A stretch of DNA of 64,000 nt from an uncultured Clostridia bacterium (lineage in GTDB: Bacteria; Bacillota; Clostridia; TANB77; CAG-508), in the NCBI GenBank assembly GCA_963931155.1, contig OZ006978.1, positions 1,300,692 through 1,364,691 on the forward strand. Reading direction: 5' to 3'. Below are positions 1 through 10,191 of the stretch, one piece after another. The notes beneath the pieces are model-generated. The model saw nothing but the letters and a program-made list of their open reading frames with translations. It ran no database searches and was not told the origin of the DNA. How positions within the stretch are numbered: position 1 is the first letter of the stretch; every line of letters starts with the position of its first letter. A program made the translations under genes and the position numbers.

Positions 1-180
1 TTATGTAATTTCTAATTTTTGTTTGTAAATATGATTACATTTCTTTAAAACCGATTTGTTGATTTACAAATAAAAATAATGTATAATATAGATATATAGT
101 TTATTTATTCGTTTTTTATTTGATATAAATTTCTTATTAAATAAAAAATAAAACTAAATCTATAAATAGGAGGAAATAAT

Positions 181-717
181 ATGGGAGATAGTTTAATTAC
201 CGTAGTCGCAATATTTTTAGCTGCAATATTAATGTTTATATTTCCTCTAATGTCACTTGCCGAAAGAAATGACGATATATCTCAACTTGCTGTACAAACT
301 GCTACTAGTGAATTTGTAGAAAATGTAAGAACTACTGGAAAAATGACATTAGAAGATTATGATGCATATTTATCAGAAATTTCTGCAACAGGAAACTCTT
401 TTGATGTTGAAGTTTTAATTCAACAACTTGATGAAAATCCTGGAGTAAAAACAACTCAAGCAGAAGTAACAAAAATAGGTGAAAATTTATATTACAATAT
501 TTATACTACACAAGTGGAACAATTATTAGATGATACAGGTAGAATTAGATTAAAAGAAGGGGATATTATAACTGTAACGGCAAAAAATACAAATAAAACT
601 ATATCTCAACTTTTAAGAAACTTTTTCTATGCAATTTCAGGAAATGATTCTTATCAAATAGCTGGACAAAGTACAGGTGTAGTAGCAGTAAATGGTAGTA
701 CAAGTGGAGAAGATTAA
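181..717 (+). CDS. Hypothetical protein with N-terminal hydrophobic helix (pilin/TadE-like architecture)
   Basis: 178-aa ORF, AGGAGG RBS, single hydrophobic segment LITVVAIFLAAILMFIFPLM; family not firmly recognised. Confidence 0.6.
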   Translation: MGDSLITVVAIFLAAILMFIFPLMSLAERNDDISQLAVQTATSEFVENVRTTGKMTLEDYDAYLSEISATGNSFDVEVLIQQLDENPGVKTTQAEVTKIGENLYYNIYTTQVEQLLDDTGRIRLKEGDIITVTAKNTNKTISQLLRNFFYAISGNDSYQIAGQSTGVVAVNGSTSGED

Positions 718-730
718 AATAAAAATATAT

Positions 731-800
731 TGTTGGGCAGATAATGCATCTGTCTCTACAATGATACATATGTAGGGGTAGAGTTTTTATTCTATCTCTA
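731..800. repeat. Two degenerate REP-like short palindromes
   Basis: gttgggcagat-aatgc-atctgtctctac and gtaggggtagag-ttttta-ttctatctctat between two co-directional ORFs. Confidence 0.4.
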
Positions 801-832
801 TTTTTTACTAAAGGAAGAAAGGTAAATTACAT

Positions 833-2650
833 ATGAAATTACAATATTTAGCGATAATTTGTGTATTAATAATAGTGCCAATATCAATGGTTATGTCTGT
901 ATATATACAAAATCAAATTGATGCAATATTATTACAAGCCAAATATGATTCAAACTTAATAAATGCAACATATGATTCTGTTAAGGCATTTCAATTAAAT
1001 ACTGTAAATAACAAATATTCAGGAATAAGTAATTCAAAGATAAGGGATATAGAAGCAGCTGTTAATACTTTTTATAATTCTCTGGTCACATCAATGGGAG
1101 GATATGTTCAATCTGCACAAGATTTGCGTGATTATACTCCAGCACTTTTATATACATTATATGATGGATATTATATATATACCTCATATGATAATGTATA
1201 CTCCACAACACAAATACCAGTTAGTGGAGGAGAAGAAGATAGAGTACAAATAAATACAGATGCAAATGAATATGATAATGGCTTAAAACCATATGTGTAT
1301 TATTCAGCAAAATATGCATTAAATAATGGAGATATTGTAATAATAAATTATACATTAGACAATTATATAACTGTTTATGGAAATGCACAGGCAGACGGAA
1401 GTTATGTGGCAAGATCAGGATATTTAATAGATCCATCTAAAGTAACAAATATAAATGAAAACAGTAAAACATTAACATATGATGGTAATGTAAATATAAA
1501 ACCAGAATCATTAGTAGAGCACTTAATTACAGTAAATGATGATTCATCAATTGAGGAAGGAGATTATTATTACATAGTTTATCAAAATAATAAAATCTAT
1601 CAAGATGGACATGGAAGTGGTGCACAGTATTTTTATTATACAAATGAATCAAAAAAATCATATGTAAATGCACCAGAAATAGTTGCATATCTAAATGAGA
1701 ACAGACAAAAATATGGAGGAGGAGACCATATTTGTAGCACAAGTGCATTTGATTATTATAACGAAGCTTATAAATTTAGTAAATGGGTAGTGGAAGAATC
1801 AAAATTATCAGAAATAGATGAAAATGATTTATTATTATTTGAAGATTCTACAAGAAAATTAGGAGATTTAACAGGAGATGAAAGAAACACATATCTATCG
1901 GATAGCGTAGCTGGTACAATGCTTGTTCCGGGAGAAAATAATAATCCTCTACTTTCAGAATCTGCATTTAATAACCATAGATTATCAGTAATAAGAAAAT
2001 CAATTGAAACTACTTTATCAGTTGTAATAGACAACTATGAGGCAAGAAATAATTTATATGATTTTGCAATGCCAGTATTATCTGATGCGGATTGGTACAA
2101 AATTTTAAATAATGTATCATTAACAACATTTTTACAGGGTATGTCAATTGGTTTTAGATTTTATAGTAATTATGCGATAGTTACAAACAATATAAATAAA
2201 GAAGTTATAAAACCAGAGAATATATATATTGTAGCACAAAGCAACGGAAGTAGAGAGTATCATCAACCAGGATGTGAAAAACTATTACAAGGAGTAGAAG
2301 ATAATACTTTATCAATAGTAGGAGCATATCCTACATACGGCTTCCAAAGACAAACTGTAGACATTAATGAAAATAATTCAGTATATTATTACCCGCAAAA
2401 TGTTTCAACACAATATTTAACAGGATGTTATAACTGTATTGTAAATGCTACTGCAGAATATGACCTCCAAGACATAATTGCAGGTGTGGATTTAATTAAA
2501 TATTATGATAAAACCGAAAATGGGGGAAGTGGAACAGCAAGTTTTTCAACCGCAGAATATGAAAAAATTAGACAAGCATATATGACAGCTTTAGCAAGAG
2601 AAAGGCAAGATATATATAAATCTAATATAAATTTACAAACAAATGAGTAA
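833..2650 (+). CDS. Hypothetical membrane-anchored/secreted protein
   Basis: 605-aa ORF with N-terminal TM helix; YHQPGC and GCYNC motifs near C-terminus. Confidence 0.65.
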   Translation: MKLQYLAIICVLIIVPISMVMSVYIQNQIDAILLQAKYDSNLINATYDSVKAFQLNTVNNKYSGISNSKIRDIEAAVNTFYNSLVTSMGGYVQSAQDLRDYTPALLYTLYDGYYIYTSYDNVYSTTQIPVSGGEEDRVQINTDANEYDNGLKPYVYYSAKYALNNGDIVIINYTLDNYITVYGNAQADGSYVARSGYLIDPSKVTNINENSKTLTYDGNVNIKPESLVEHLITVNDDSSIEEGDYYYIVYQNNKIYQDGHGSGAQYFYYTNESKKSYVNAPEIVAYLNENRQKYGGGDHICSTSAFDYYNEAYKFSKWVVEESKLSEIDENDLLLFEDSTRKLGDLTGDERNTYLSDSVAGTMLVPGENNNPLLSESAFNNHRLSVIRKSIETTLSVVIDNYEARNNLYDFAMPVLSDADWYKILNNVSLTTFLQGMSIGFRFYSNYAIVTNNINKEVIKPENIYIVAQSNGSREYHQPGCEKLLQGVEDNTLSIVGAYPTYGFQRQTVDINENNSVYYYPQNVSTQYLTGCYNCIVNATAEYDLQDIIAGVDLIKYYDKTENGGSGTASFSTAEYEKIRQAYMTALARERQDIYKSNINLQTNE

Positions 2651-2664
2651 AAGTTAGAAAAAAG

Positions 2665-2693
2665 GTTTAAAAAAATTCATCATGGTTATCCTA
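2665..2693 (+). promoter_or_regulatory. Putative sigma-F/sigma-G promoter of spoIVB
   Basis: GTTTA-N14-GGTTATCCTA resembles the forespore sigma consensus; spoIVB is known to be F/G controlled in Bacillus. Confidence 0.45.
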
Positions 2694-2714
2694 TTAGTAG
2701 AAAGAAGGATAACC

Positions 2715-3926
2715 ATGAAATTATATAAAAAAATATTGACAGTTCTAATATTAATAACTATATATGCATATATTTGCAATATAACAATGTTTCCAAATAG
2801 TATTATTTTAATGCAAGGGGAAAATATAAAAATAGATACAGTTTTAGGAATAAGCATTAAAAATAAACAAACCATGCAAGCATCAAGTAATTTAAATGAG
2901 AAATTAACAGAACAAGTAGGTAAAAAAGATTTAGAGTTAAATTTATTTAACATTATTCCTGTAAAAGATGTAACAGTTAATGTTATACCTAAAACAACAG
3001 TAATTCCACTCGGAAAAACAATAGGAATGAAATTATATACCGAAGGTGTACTAGTGGTGGGAATGTCTGAAATAGAAGGAAAAAAACCATATGAAAACTC
3101 TGGCATAGAAGCAGGAGACAGAATAATAGAAGTAAATAATAAAAAAATAACAAGCTCAGATGAACTTACAGAATGTGTTAATGCTTGTAATGGAAGAAAC
3201 ATAGAAATAAAATATGTTAACAATGAAGATAAAATAGTATTGACTCAAATAGAACCTGCTAAAACATCAAATGATGAATATAAAATAGGACTTTGGGTCA
3301 GAGATGCAGCTGCCGGAGTAGGAACTATTACATTTTATGAACCTTCAACAGGAAGTTTTGCTTCTCTTGGGCATGGGATTAATGATGTAGATACTTATGA
3401 ATTAATAAATATAGCAAATGGTGAATTAGTAACAGCAAAAATACTAGACATAGTGAAAGGAAAGGACGGTATTCCTGGAGAGATAAAGGGAAGTATAGAC
3501 AATAGTGTAACTATAGGTGATATTTCTAAAAATACGGATTTTGGAGTTTATGGAACTATAACAAATACAAATGCACTTAATATACAAAACCTAGCAGAAA
3601 TGGAAGTGGCAGATAGAAGTGAGATAAATACAGGAAAAGCTTATATTCTATGTGAATTAGAAAATGGTAAAACAGAAAAATACGAAATAGAAATACAAAA
3701 ATTATTTAAAGATAATAATCAAGATAATAAAAGTATGTTAATAAAAATAACAGATGCAAGGCTTATAGAAAAAACAGGAGGAATAATACAAGGAATGAGT
3801 GGAGCACCTATAATACAAAATGGTAAATTTATAGGAGCTGTAACACATGTGTTGGTAAATGATGCAAAAGTTGGCTATGGAGTATTTGCAGATTTAATGA
3901 TAAAACAGTTGAAAGAGGTAGATTAA
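2715..3926 (+). CDS. spoIVB: SpoIVB peptidase (S55) with PDZ domain
   Basis: GLWVRDAAAGVGTITF, LGHGI, GGIIQGMSGAPIIQNGKFIGAVTHV motifs; start moved to ATG after AGAAGGA. Confidence 0.95.
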   Translation: MKLYKKILTVLILITIYAYICNITMFPNSIILMQGENIKIDTVLGISIKNKQTMQASSNLNEKLTEQVGKKDLELNLFNIIPVKDVTVNVIPKTTVIPLGKTIGMKLYTEGVLVVGMSEIEGKKPYENSGIEAGDRIIEVNNKKITSSDELTECVNACNGRNIEIKYVNNEDKIVLTQIEPAKTSNDEYKIGLWVRDAAAGVGTITFYEPSTGSFASLGHGINDVDTYELINIANGELVTAKILDIVKGKDGIPGEIKGSIDNSVTIGDISKNTDFGVYGTITNTNALNIQNLAEMEVADRSEINTGKAYILCELENGKTEKYEIEIQKLFKDNNQDNKSMLIKITDARLIEKTGGIIQGMSGAPIIQNGKFIGAVTHVLVNDAKVGYGVFADLMIKQLKEVD

Positions 3927-5062
3927 TGAAAGAAAAGGGAAGAGTTTCAATTTTATTAATTGTATTAACTATATTAATAATGTTAGTATTTGGTTTTCTA
4001 ATATATCAAATGGTATTTTCAGACTTTTTTGGACTTATGCCTAAAGGGGAAGGACAAATTACTATAGGTGGGATAATAAATAGTTTAATTCCGGCAAGTG
4101 CAGAAGCAGATACGCAAATAGAAAATGTATCAGCACATGAGCCAATTATTGTAGATGACAATAAAGCCGGTAATAATACATCATCTACAGCACAAAATAG
4201 TTATTACTATAATCAATTAGATGCATATGGTAAAATAATATATAAAGGTTTTGAAGATAATAAAGAAAATATGAAATCTGGAACATATAAAATTGATTTC
4301 GGAACAAAGTTTAATGATTTATTAAACTCAGAAGGAGGAGAAGAAACTTTAAATATAGCATTTCAATCAGCTTGGAATGCGTATACATATGATCATATGG
4401 ATTTATTTTATATTGATGTTGAAAAACTTACTTTAATTACAAAAACGAGAACAATCGGAAGAAAATCAACACATACAGTAGAATTATCTAATGGAGATAA
4501 TAATTCATACTTAAAGCCAAATTTTAGTAATAAAGAAGAAATTGACCAAACATTAAATTTATTAAATGCTATGAGAAATGAAATTACAAATCAAGTATCT
4601 CAATATGACAATGTGGAAAAAATGAGACAAGTACATAACTGGCTAATTAACACAGTAGAATATGATATAAATTTCGAATCAGAAGAACCATATTCAATAG
4701 TAGGAGCACTTGTAGAAGAAAAAGCAGTATGTGAAGGATATGCAAGAGCATATAAATATATAATGGACGCAATAGGAATTCCTTGTATATTAGTTAGCGG
4801 AATAGGAACAAACTCTAATGGAGAAACAGAATCACACGCATGGAATTATGTTCAAATAAATAATAATTGGTATGCAATAGATACAACATGGGACGATCCC
4901 GTTGCAATAGGAAATGCCTATATAACTGAAGAAGATAGATATGAAAACTTCTTAAGAGGATCTAACAAGTTTTTTATAAATCATAAAGAAGATGGATATT
5001 TATCACCAGGAAGTATAAAGTTTAAATTTCCAACATTAAGTACAGAAGATTATAATTATTAA
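3926..5062 (+). CDS. Transglutaminase-like domain protein, membrane anchored
   Basis: AVCEGYA, HAWNYV and AIDTTWDD catalytic motifs; N-terminal TM. Confidence 0.85.
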   Translation: MKEKGRVSILLIVLTILIMLVFGFLIYQMVFSDFFGLMPKGEGQITIGGIINSLIPASAEADTQIENVSAHEPIIVDDNKAGNNTSSTAQNSYYYNQLDAYGKIIYKGFEDNKENMKSGTYKIDFGTKFNDLLNSEGGEETLNIAFQSAWNAYTYDHMDLFYIDVEKLTLITKTRTIGRKSTHTVELSNGDNNSYLKPNFSNKEEIDQTLNLLNAMRNEITNQVSQYDNVEKMRQVHNWLINTVEYDINFESEEPYSIVGALVEEKAVCEGYARAYKYIMDAIGIPCILVSGIGTNSNGETESHAWNYVQINNNWYAIDTTWDDPVAIGNAYITEEDRYENFLRGSNKFFINHKEDGYLSPGSIKFKFPTLSTEDYNY

Positions 5063-5165
5063 AAAAGTTTGTTAAAGTTTAAGTAAGTATTACGTATTGT
5101 CATATAAACGTTACTGTTCAACATAAAGTGAAATTTTCGTCTTAGCAGTATGTATAAAATAGGGC

Positions 5166-5275
5166 TTGCAATTATTAAGTTTTTGTGATACAATACTTAA
5201 TGTTAAAAAGTACCTCTACTTAGTTATAGGAAAATAACACCACTATAACTCAGTTGAAGGCAAATAACATAAATT
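5166..5275 (+). promoter_or_regulatory. sigma-A promoter and structured rpsO leader (putative S15 autoregulatory RNA)
   Basis: TTGCAA-N17-TACAAT; leader hairpin AGTTATAG/CTATAACT with flanking pairings. Confidence 0.55.
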
Positions 5276-5291
5276 TTAGGAGGTGTATATT

Positions 5292-5555
5292 ATGACAACA
5301 GAAAGAAAACAAGAAATTATAGCAACATATAGAAGAGATGAAAAAGATACTGGTTCTCCAGAGGTTCAAATTGCTCTTTTAACAGAAAGAATTAACGAAT
5401 TAACAGAACACTTAAAAGTTCATAAAAAAGATAATCATTCAAGAAGAGGACTTTTAAAAATGGTAGGTTCAAGAAGAAACTTACTTAACTATTTAAGCAA
5501 AAAAGATATTCAAAGATATAGAGACATAGTTGCAAAATTAGGATTAAGAAAATAA
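5292..5555 (+). CDS. rpsO: 30S ribosomal protein S15
   Basis: [29 protein letters not shown]. Confidence 0.98.
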   Translation: MTTERKQEIIATYRRDEKDTGSPEVQIALLTERINELTEHLKVHKKDNHSRRGLLKMVGSRRNLLNYLSKKDIQRYRDIVAKLGLRK

Positions 5556-5668
5556 TTTATTGTGGTGGGCGTTTGGCGTTATAGGCTTAAACGTCCATTT
5601 GCGAGAAATTGATTTTTAAAAACGGCTAATTAAATAGCACAAAAATTAGTAAGTAGCTTGTATAATGT

Positions 5669-5731
5669 GCTTTTGTCAGTTTTAGGGACAGGCTCTTTTC
5701 TGCCAAGTTTGTCAGCTTTGGGGACAGGCTT
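5669..5731. repeat. GGGACAGG REP-like repeat, about 2 units of a 36-nt family
   Basis: ttttgtcagttttagggacaggctcttttctgccaagtttgtcagctttggggacaggct; same family as 15061-15290. Confidence 0.7.
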
Positions 5732-5882
5732 CAATCTACAAAATTTATAATTTATTGCTATGGACAAAAAATCAAAATATAACAAAAGCATAGTATAGAG
5801 GTTACAGCTAATTAAGGTGCTATTAATTAAATATAAAAAAGAAAGGAGTAGTATGATAATTTTATTATCATACAAATAGAAA

Positions 5883-8003
5883 ATGGTTAAAACTTATAGT
5901 ACAGAATTAGCAGGAAGAAATTTAAGTATTGAAACAGGTAAAATAGCAGGACTAGCAAATGGAAGCGTAGTAGTAAGATATGGAGATACAGTTGTAATGG
6001 TAAATGTTACAGCTTCGAAAGAGCCAAGAGAAGGAATAGACTTTTTTCCACTTTCAGTAGATTATGAAGAAAAATTATATTCAGTGGGAAAAATTCCTGG
6101 GGGATTTAACAAAAGAGAGGGAAAACCATCAGAAAAGGCAATACTTACATCAAGAGCAATAGATAGACCTCTTCGTCCTCTATTTCCAAAAGATTTTAGA
6201 AATGATGTATGTGTTACAGCAACAGTATTATCAGTTGAGCAGGATAATAGTCCAGAAGTTTGTAGTATGATTGGTGCAAGTGCTGCACTTTCAATTTCAG
6301 ATATACCATTTGGAGGACCAACTGCAGCAGTAGCCGTTGGCTGGGTAGATGGAGAAATAGTTATTAATCCAACAGTAGAGCAAAGAAAAAGAAGCAAATT
6401 AACTGCAACAGTTGCAGGAACATTAGATAAAATAACTATGATAGAAGCAGGAGCAGATGAAATACCTAATGAAAAAATGTTAGAAGCAATTGAAAAAGCT
6501 CATATTGAAATTAAAAACATTTGTAATTTTATATCGGATATAAAAGCAGAAATAGGAAAGCCAAAATTTGAATATAAATCATTTGCAGTAGATCCGGAAT
6601 TTTATCAAGATATTGTTGAGCATTTCAAAGATAGAATGTATCAAGATGTACAAGCTACAGATAAAGAAGTAAGAGATGCAAATATAGATAAAATAACAGA
6701 AGATATTACAGCTTATGTTATAGAAAAATATGGCGAAGAGGCAGAAGAGGAGAGAAAATCAGACATAGCAGACAGTATACATGACTTAGAAAAAGCATGT
6801 GTAAGAGAGATGATATTAAAAGAGCACAAACGTCCAGATGGTAGAAAAATTGATGAAATAAGACCTCTTTCATGTGAAGTTGGAGTACTTCCAAGAGTAC
6901 ATGGAAGTGCAATTTTCACAAGAGGACAAACACAAGTAATGTCAATTGTAACACTTGGAATGAAAAGTGAAGAACAAATATTAGATGGAATTGATGAAGA
7001 AACAGAAAAAAGATATATGCATCAATATAATTTCCCTTCATATTCAGTAGGTGAAGCAAGACCATCAAGAGGTCCAGGAAGAAGAGAAATAGGGCATGGA
7101 GCTTTAGCAGAAAAAGCATTAGTTCCAGTATTACCATCAGAAGAAGAATTTCCATATGCAATAAGAGTAGTATCTGAAGTATTATCTTCAAATGGATCAA
7201 CATCACAAGCAAGTATCTGTGGTAGTACATTAGCATTAATGGATGCAGGTGTTCCTATTAGAAAGCCAGTTGCAGGAATTTCAACAGGACTAGTAACAGA
7301 TAAAGAAGATACAAGTAACTATATAATGCTTACAGATATTCAAGGAATAGAAGACTTCTTTGGAGACATGGACTTTAAAGTAGGTGGTACAAAAGATGGA
7401 ATAACAGCAATACAAGTTGATATAAAAATAGATGGTTTAACATATGACATAATAAAAGAAGCATTTGAAAGAACAAAAGTTGCAAGAGATTATATATTAG
7501 ATGAAATAATGCTTCCTGTTATAGATAAACCAAGAGCAGATATTTCTAAATATGCACCAAGAATAAATACAACACAAATAAGTGTAGACAAAATAAAAGA
7601 TGTAATAGGACCTGGCGGAAAAATGATTAATAAAATTATTGAAGAAACAGGAGTAAAAATTGATATTGAAGAGGATGGCAAAGTTTGTGTTTATTCAAAT
7701 GATCCAGAAAGTGGAAAAAAAGCATTAAAAATGATTGAAAATATTGCAAGAGAAATTGAAGTTGGTGGAATATATGATGGTATAGTTACAAGAATAATGT
7801 CATTTGGAGCATTTGTAGATGTAGGAGGAGGAAAAGAAGGATTACTTCATATATCGAAAATTTCAAATAAAAGAGTTGAAAAAGTTGAAGATGTACTTTC
7901 TGTAGGTGATGAAGTTACAGTAAAAGTATATGAAATAGACCATCAAGGAAGAATAAATTTAACAATGAAAGACTTAGAAGCAGGAAATAAAGAAGAAGAA
8001 TAG
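5883..8003 (+). CDS. pnp: Polyribonucleotide nucleotidyltransferase (PNPase)
   Basis: DFFPLSVDYEEK, RREIGHGALAE, GDMDFKVGGT, KH and S1 domains. Confidence 0.98.
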   Translation: MVKTYSTELAGRNLSIETGKIAGLANGSVVVRYGDTVVMVNVTASKEPREGIDFFPLSVDYEEKLYSVGKIPGGFNKREGKPSEKAILTSRAIDRPLRPLFPKDFRNDVCVTATVLSVEQDNSPEVCSMIGASAALSISDIPFGGPTAAVAVGWVDGEIVINPTVEQRKRSKLTATVAGTLDKITMIEAGADEIPNEKMLEAIEKAHIEIKNICNFISDIKAEIGKPKFEYKSFAVDPEFYQDIVEHFKDRMYQDVQATDKEVRDANIDKITEDITAYVIEKYGEEAEEERKSDIADSIHDLEKACVREMILKEHKRPDGRKIDEIRPLSCEVGVLPRVHGSAIFTRGQTQVMSIVTLGMKSEEQILDGIDEETEKRYMHQYNFPSYSVGEARPSRGPGRREIGHGALAEKALVPVLPSEEEFPYAIRVVSEVLSSNGSTSQASICGSTLALMDAGVPIRKPVAGISTGLVTDKEDTSNYIMLTDIQGIEDFFGDMDFKVGGTKDGITAIQVDIKIDGLTYDIIKEAFERTKVARDYILDEIMLPVIDKPRADISKYAPRINTTQISVDKIKDVIGPGGKMINKIIEETGVKIDIEEDGKVCVYSNDPESGKKALKMIENIAREIEVGGIYDGIVTRIMSFGAFVDVGGGKEGLLHISKISNKRVEKVEDVLSVGDEVTVKVYEIDHQGRINLTMKDLEAGNKEEE

Positions 8004-8020
8004 TTTATAAAATAGGAATT

Positions 8021-8113
8021 GTGCCAATGGAGACAGTGAAGTGAACCCAAATTATTAGACAAAAAAGTTTAATAAGGAGGGTTCATTTTCATGTGTACTG
8101 AACCCATTGGCAC
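8021..8113. repeat. Nested inverted repeat; inner arms resemble IS3-family ends
   Basis: Outer gtgccaatgg...ccattggcac, inner tgaagtgaaccc...gggttcattttca; no transposase. Confidence 0.5.
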
Positions 8114-8279
8114 AATTGTTTTATATAAAATTAAAAAAACGAGCCCGTTTTCTTTTGTAAATTTTAAAAAAATTAATTTTTTATAAAAACTGTTGTAAAA
8201 AGTTGTAATAATTGATATACTAATGGTATTAAAAAAGCGTAACATGCTTTTTCTTAGAATTCTTTAAGGAGGTAAAGTA

Positions 8280-8729
8280 ATGGAAGATAATAAAGAAATA
8301 AATGAAGTTACAAACAATGTAGAAAATGAAGGAGAGGTAACACTTGAAAATAATTCAAACATAAAAATAGCAGATGACGTTATTGCGGTTATTGCCGGAG
8401 CAGCAGCTTCAGAAGTGCCAGGAGTTTCTTCAATGGCAGGAGGTTTCGCAGGAGGAATTTCTGAAGTGTTTAGTGGTAAGAAAAACTTTGCTAAAGGTAT
8501 TAAAGTGGAAGCTGGAGAAAAAGAAACTAGAATAGATGTTAACATAATCGTGGAATATGGAGTAAGAATTCCAGATGTTGCTTTTGAAATTCAAAATAGA
8601 GTTAAAAAAGCTGTTGAAAGTATGACTGGACTAAAAGTTTTAGATGTAAATGTTCATGTTCAAGGTGTTAATACTGATGCAAATAATGTAGAAGAAATGA
8701 AACAAGATGGTTCTAATAAACCAGAATAA
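8280..8729 (+). CDS. Asp23/Gls24 family protein
   Basis: IKIADDVIAVIAG, KGIKVE, IIVEYGVRIPDVA, VESMTGLKV. Confidence 0.93.
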   Translation: MEDNKEINEVTNNVENEGEVTLENNSNIKIADDVIAVIAGAAASEVPGVSSMAGGFAGGISEVFSGKKNFAKGIKVEAGEKETRIDVNIIVEYGVRIPDVAFEIQNRVKKAVESMTGLKVLDVNVHVQGVNTDANNVEEMKQDGSNKPE

Positions 8730-8849
8730 TATTTATAAGGCACTTTAAAAATTACATTATTTCAAAATATTATGAATATAGATTGCAGAAGTTGAAATAA
8801 AATAATTTTAGAGTGCCTTTTCTAAGTAGCGGAAAGGTAGGAAAATAAA

Positions 8850-9425
8850 ATGAGAAAATTAGAAAAATTATCATTAATACTTTTTTCAACAATAATGCTT
8901 ATAATTTCAGTTGTACTATGTTTAACAATATTTGGGTGGTTAGATTATAGATTTGTAGAAGATGCTTTAGAAATTGCGATAAAGAATGAAGTAACATCTA
9001 AAATTCTTTTGACTTTAAGTATAATATTTATATTACTTTCAATAAAATGTATTTTCTTTGATTCAAGTGCAAAAGATGATGAGGAGAACAAAAAAGGAAT
9101 ATTGTTAGAAAATTCAAACGGAAAGCTTTTAATTACTAGAGAGACAATTGAAAACCTTGTAAATGGTGTCGTAAAAGGTTTTGATAGTGCAGAAGATGTT
9201 ACTACAAAAATAGAACTAGATAAAGAAAATAATCTAAATGTTTTTGTTAATTTAACAGTTAAAGAAAATGCTGTTATTAAAGAATTGTCTACAAATCTTC
9301 AAAACAAAATTAAAGATACAATAAAGAAAGCATCAGATTTAGAGGTAAAGGAAGTAAATATAAAAGTGAAGAATATAGAACCAGTAAAAGACATAGAGCA
9401 GACAACGATTGAGGGAGAAAAATAA
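8850..9425 (+). CDS. amaP: Alkaline shock response membrane anchor AmaP-like
   Basis: Two TM helices then GKLLITRETIENLV; synteny asp23-amaP-DUF2273-nusB. Confidence 0.8.
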   Translation: MRKLEKLSLILFSTIMLIISVVLCLTIFGWLDYRFVEDALEIAIKNEVTSKILLTLSIIFILLSIKCIFFDSSAKDDEENKKGILLENSNGKLLITRETIENLVNGVVKGFDSAEDVTTKIELDKENNLNVFVNLTVKENAVIKELSTNLQNKIKDTIKKASDLEVKEVNIKVKNIEPVKDIEQTTIEGEK

Positions 9426-9475
9426 CAAAAGATAACAATTTTTTAATTGGAATCATATGAAAGGAAGAAGCTGGT

Positions 9476-9679
9476 ATGGACGATTTTAAAAGTTTCATGT
9501 CTCAATATGGTGGCATGATTATAGGAGTAATTATAGCTATTTTATTATTATTAACGAAATTCTATGAATTAATAATTGCAATAGTTTTAATTGTAGTATG
9601 TGGTTATGCAGGTTATTATTTTCAGCGTAACAAAAACAGTGTAAAAGATAAACTTAAAAATTTTATAGACAAATTATAA
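9476..9679 (+). CDS. Small membrane protein, DUF2273 family
   Basis: 67 aa hydrophobic; conserved position before nusB. Confidence 0.75.
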   Translation: MDDFKSFMSQYGGMIIGVIIAILLLLTKFYELIIAIVLIVVCGYAGYYFQRNKNSVKDKLKNFIDKL

Positions 9680-9698
9680 AAAGGGGAAAGATAGCAAA

Positions 9699-10181
9699 AT
9701 GAGTATGTCAGATAATAGAAAAGTAGCATTTGAAATAGTATATAGTTTAGAATCTCAAAATGTAAAATATGAAGAATATAAAGAAAATGTTGAAATGTTT
9801 TTTGAAGAGAGAAACATACACGGTAGAGCTACATCTAAATATATTAAAGATGTTGTTTATGGAACCAAAAGACATGGCAAACAAATAAGAAAACAAATAG
9901 AAGAGTGTTTATCTGAAAAATGGAGTTACGATAGAGTTTCAAAAGTAAATATAGTAATTTTAGAGATTGCTATATTTGAGATGCTTTATTTAAATACACC
10001 ATATAAAGTTGTAATAAACGAAGCGGTGGAACTTGCAAAAGAATATTCAGATACAAAAGCACCAAGTTTTATAAATGGGGTTTTAGCAAGCATTGTTAAA
10101 AGAAATGAAATAGACAAAAAAGAAGAAAAGGATAACAATTCTGCCAAGAAAAATCAAAATAACGAGGATAACAAGGAGTAG
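9699..10181 (+). CDS. nusB: Transcription antitermination factor NusB
   Basis: VVINEAVELAKEY, FINGVLA. Confidence 0.92.
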   Translation: MSMSDNRKVAFEIVYSLESQNVKYEEYKENVEMFFEERNIHGRATSKYIKDVVYGTKRHGKQIRKQIEECLSEKWSYDRVSKVNIVILEIAIFEMLYLNTPYKVVINEAVELAKEYSDTKAPSFINGVLASIVKRNEIDKKEEKDNNSAKKNQNNEDNKE

Positions 10182-10191
10182 TAGAAAACTA

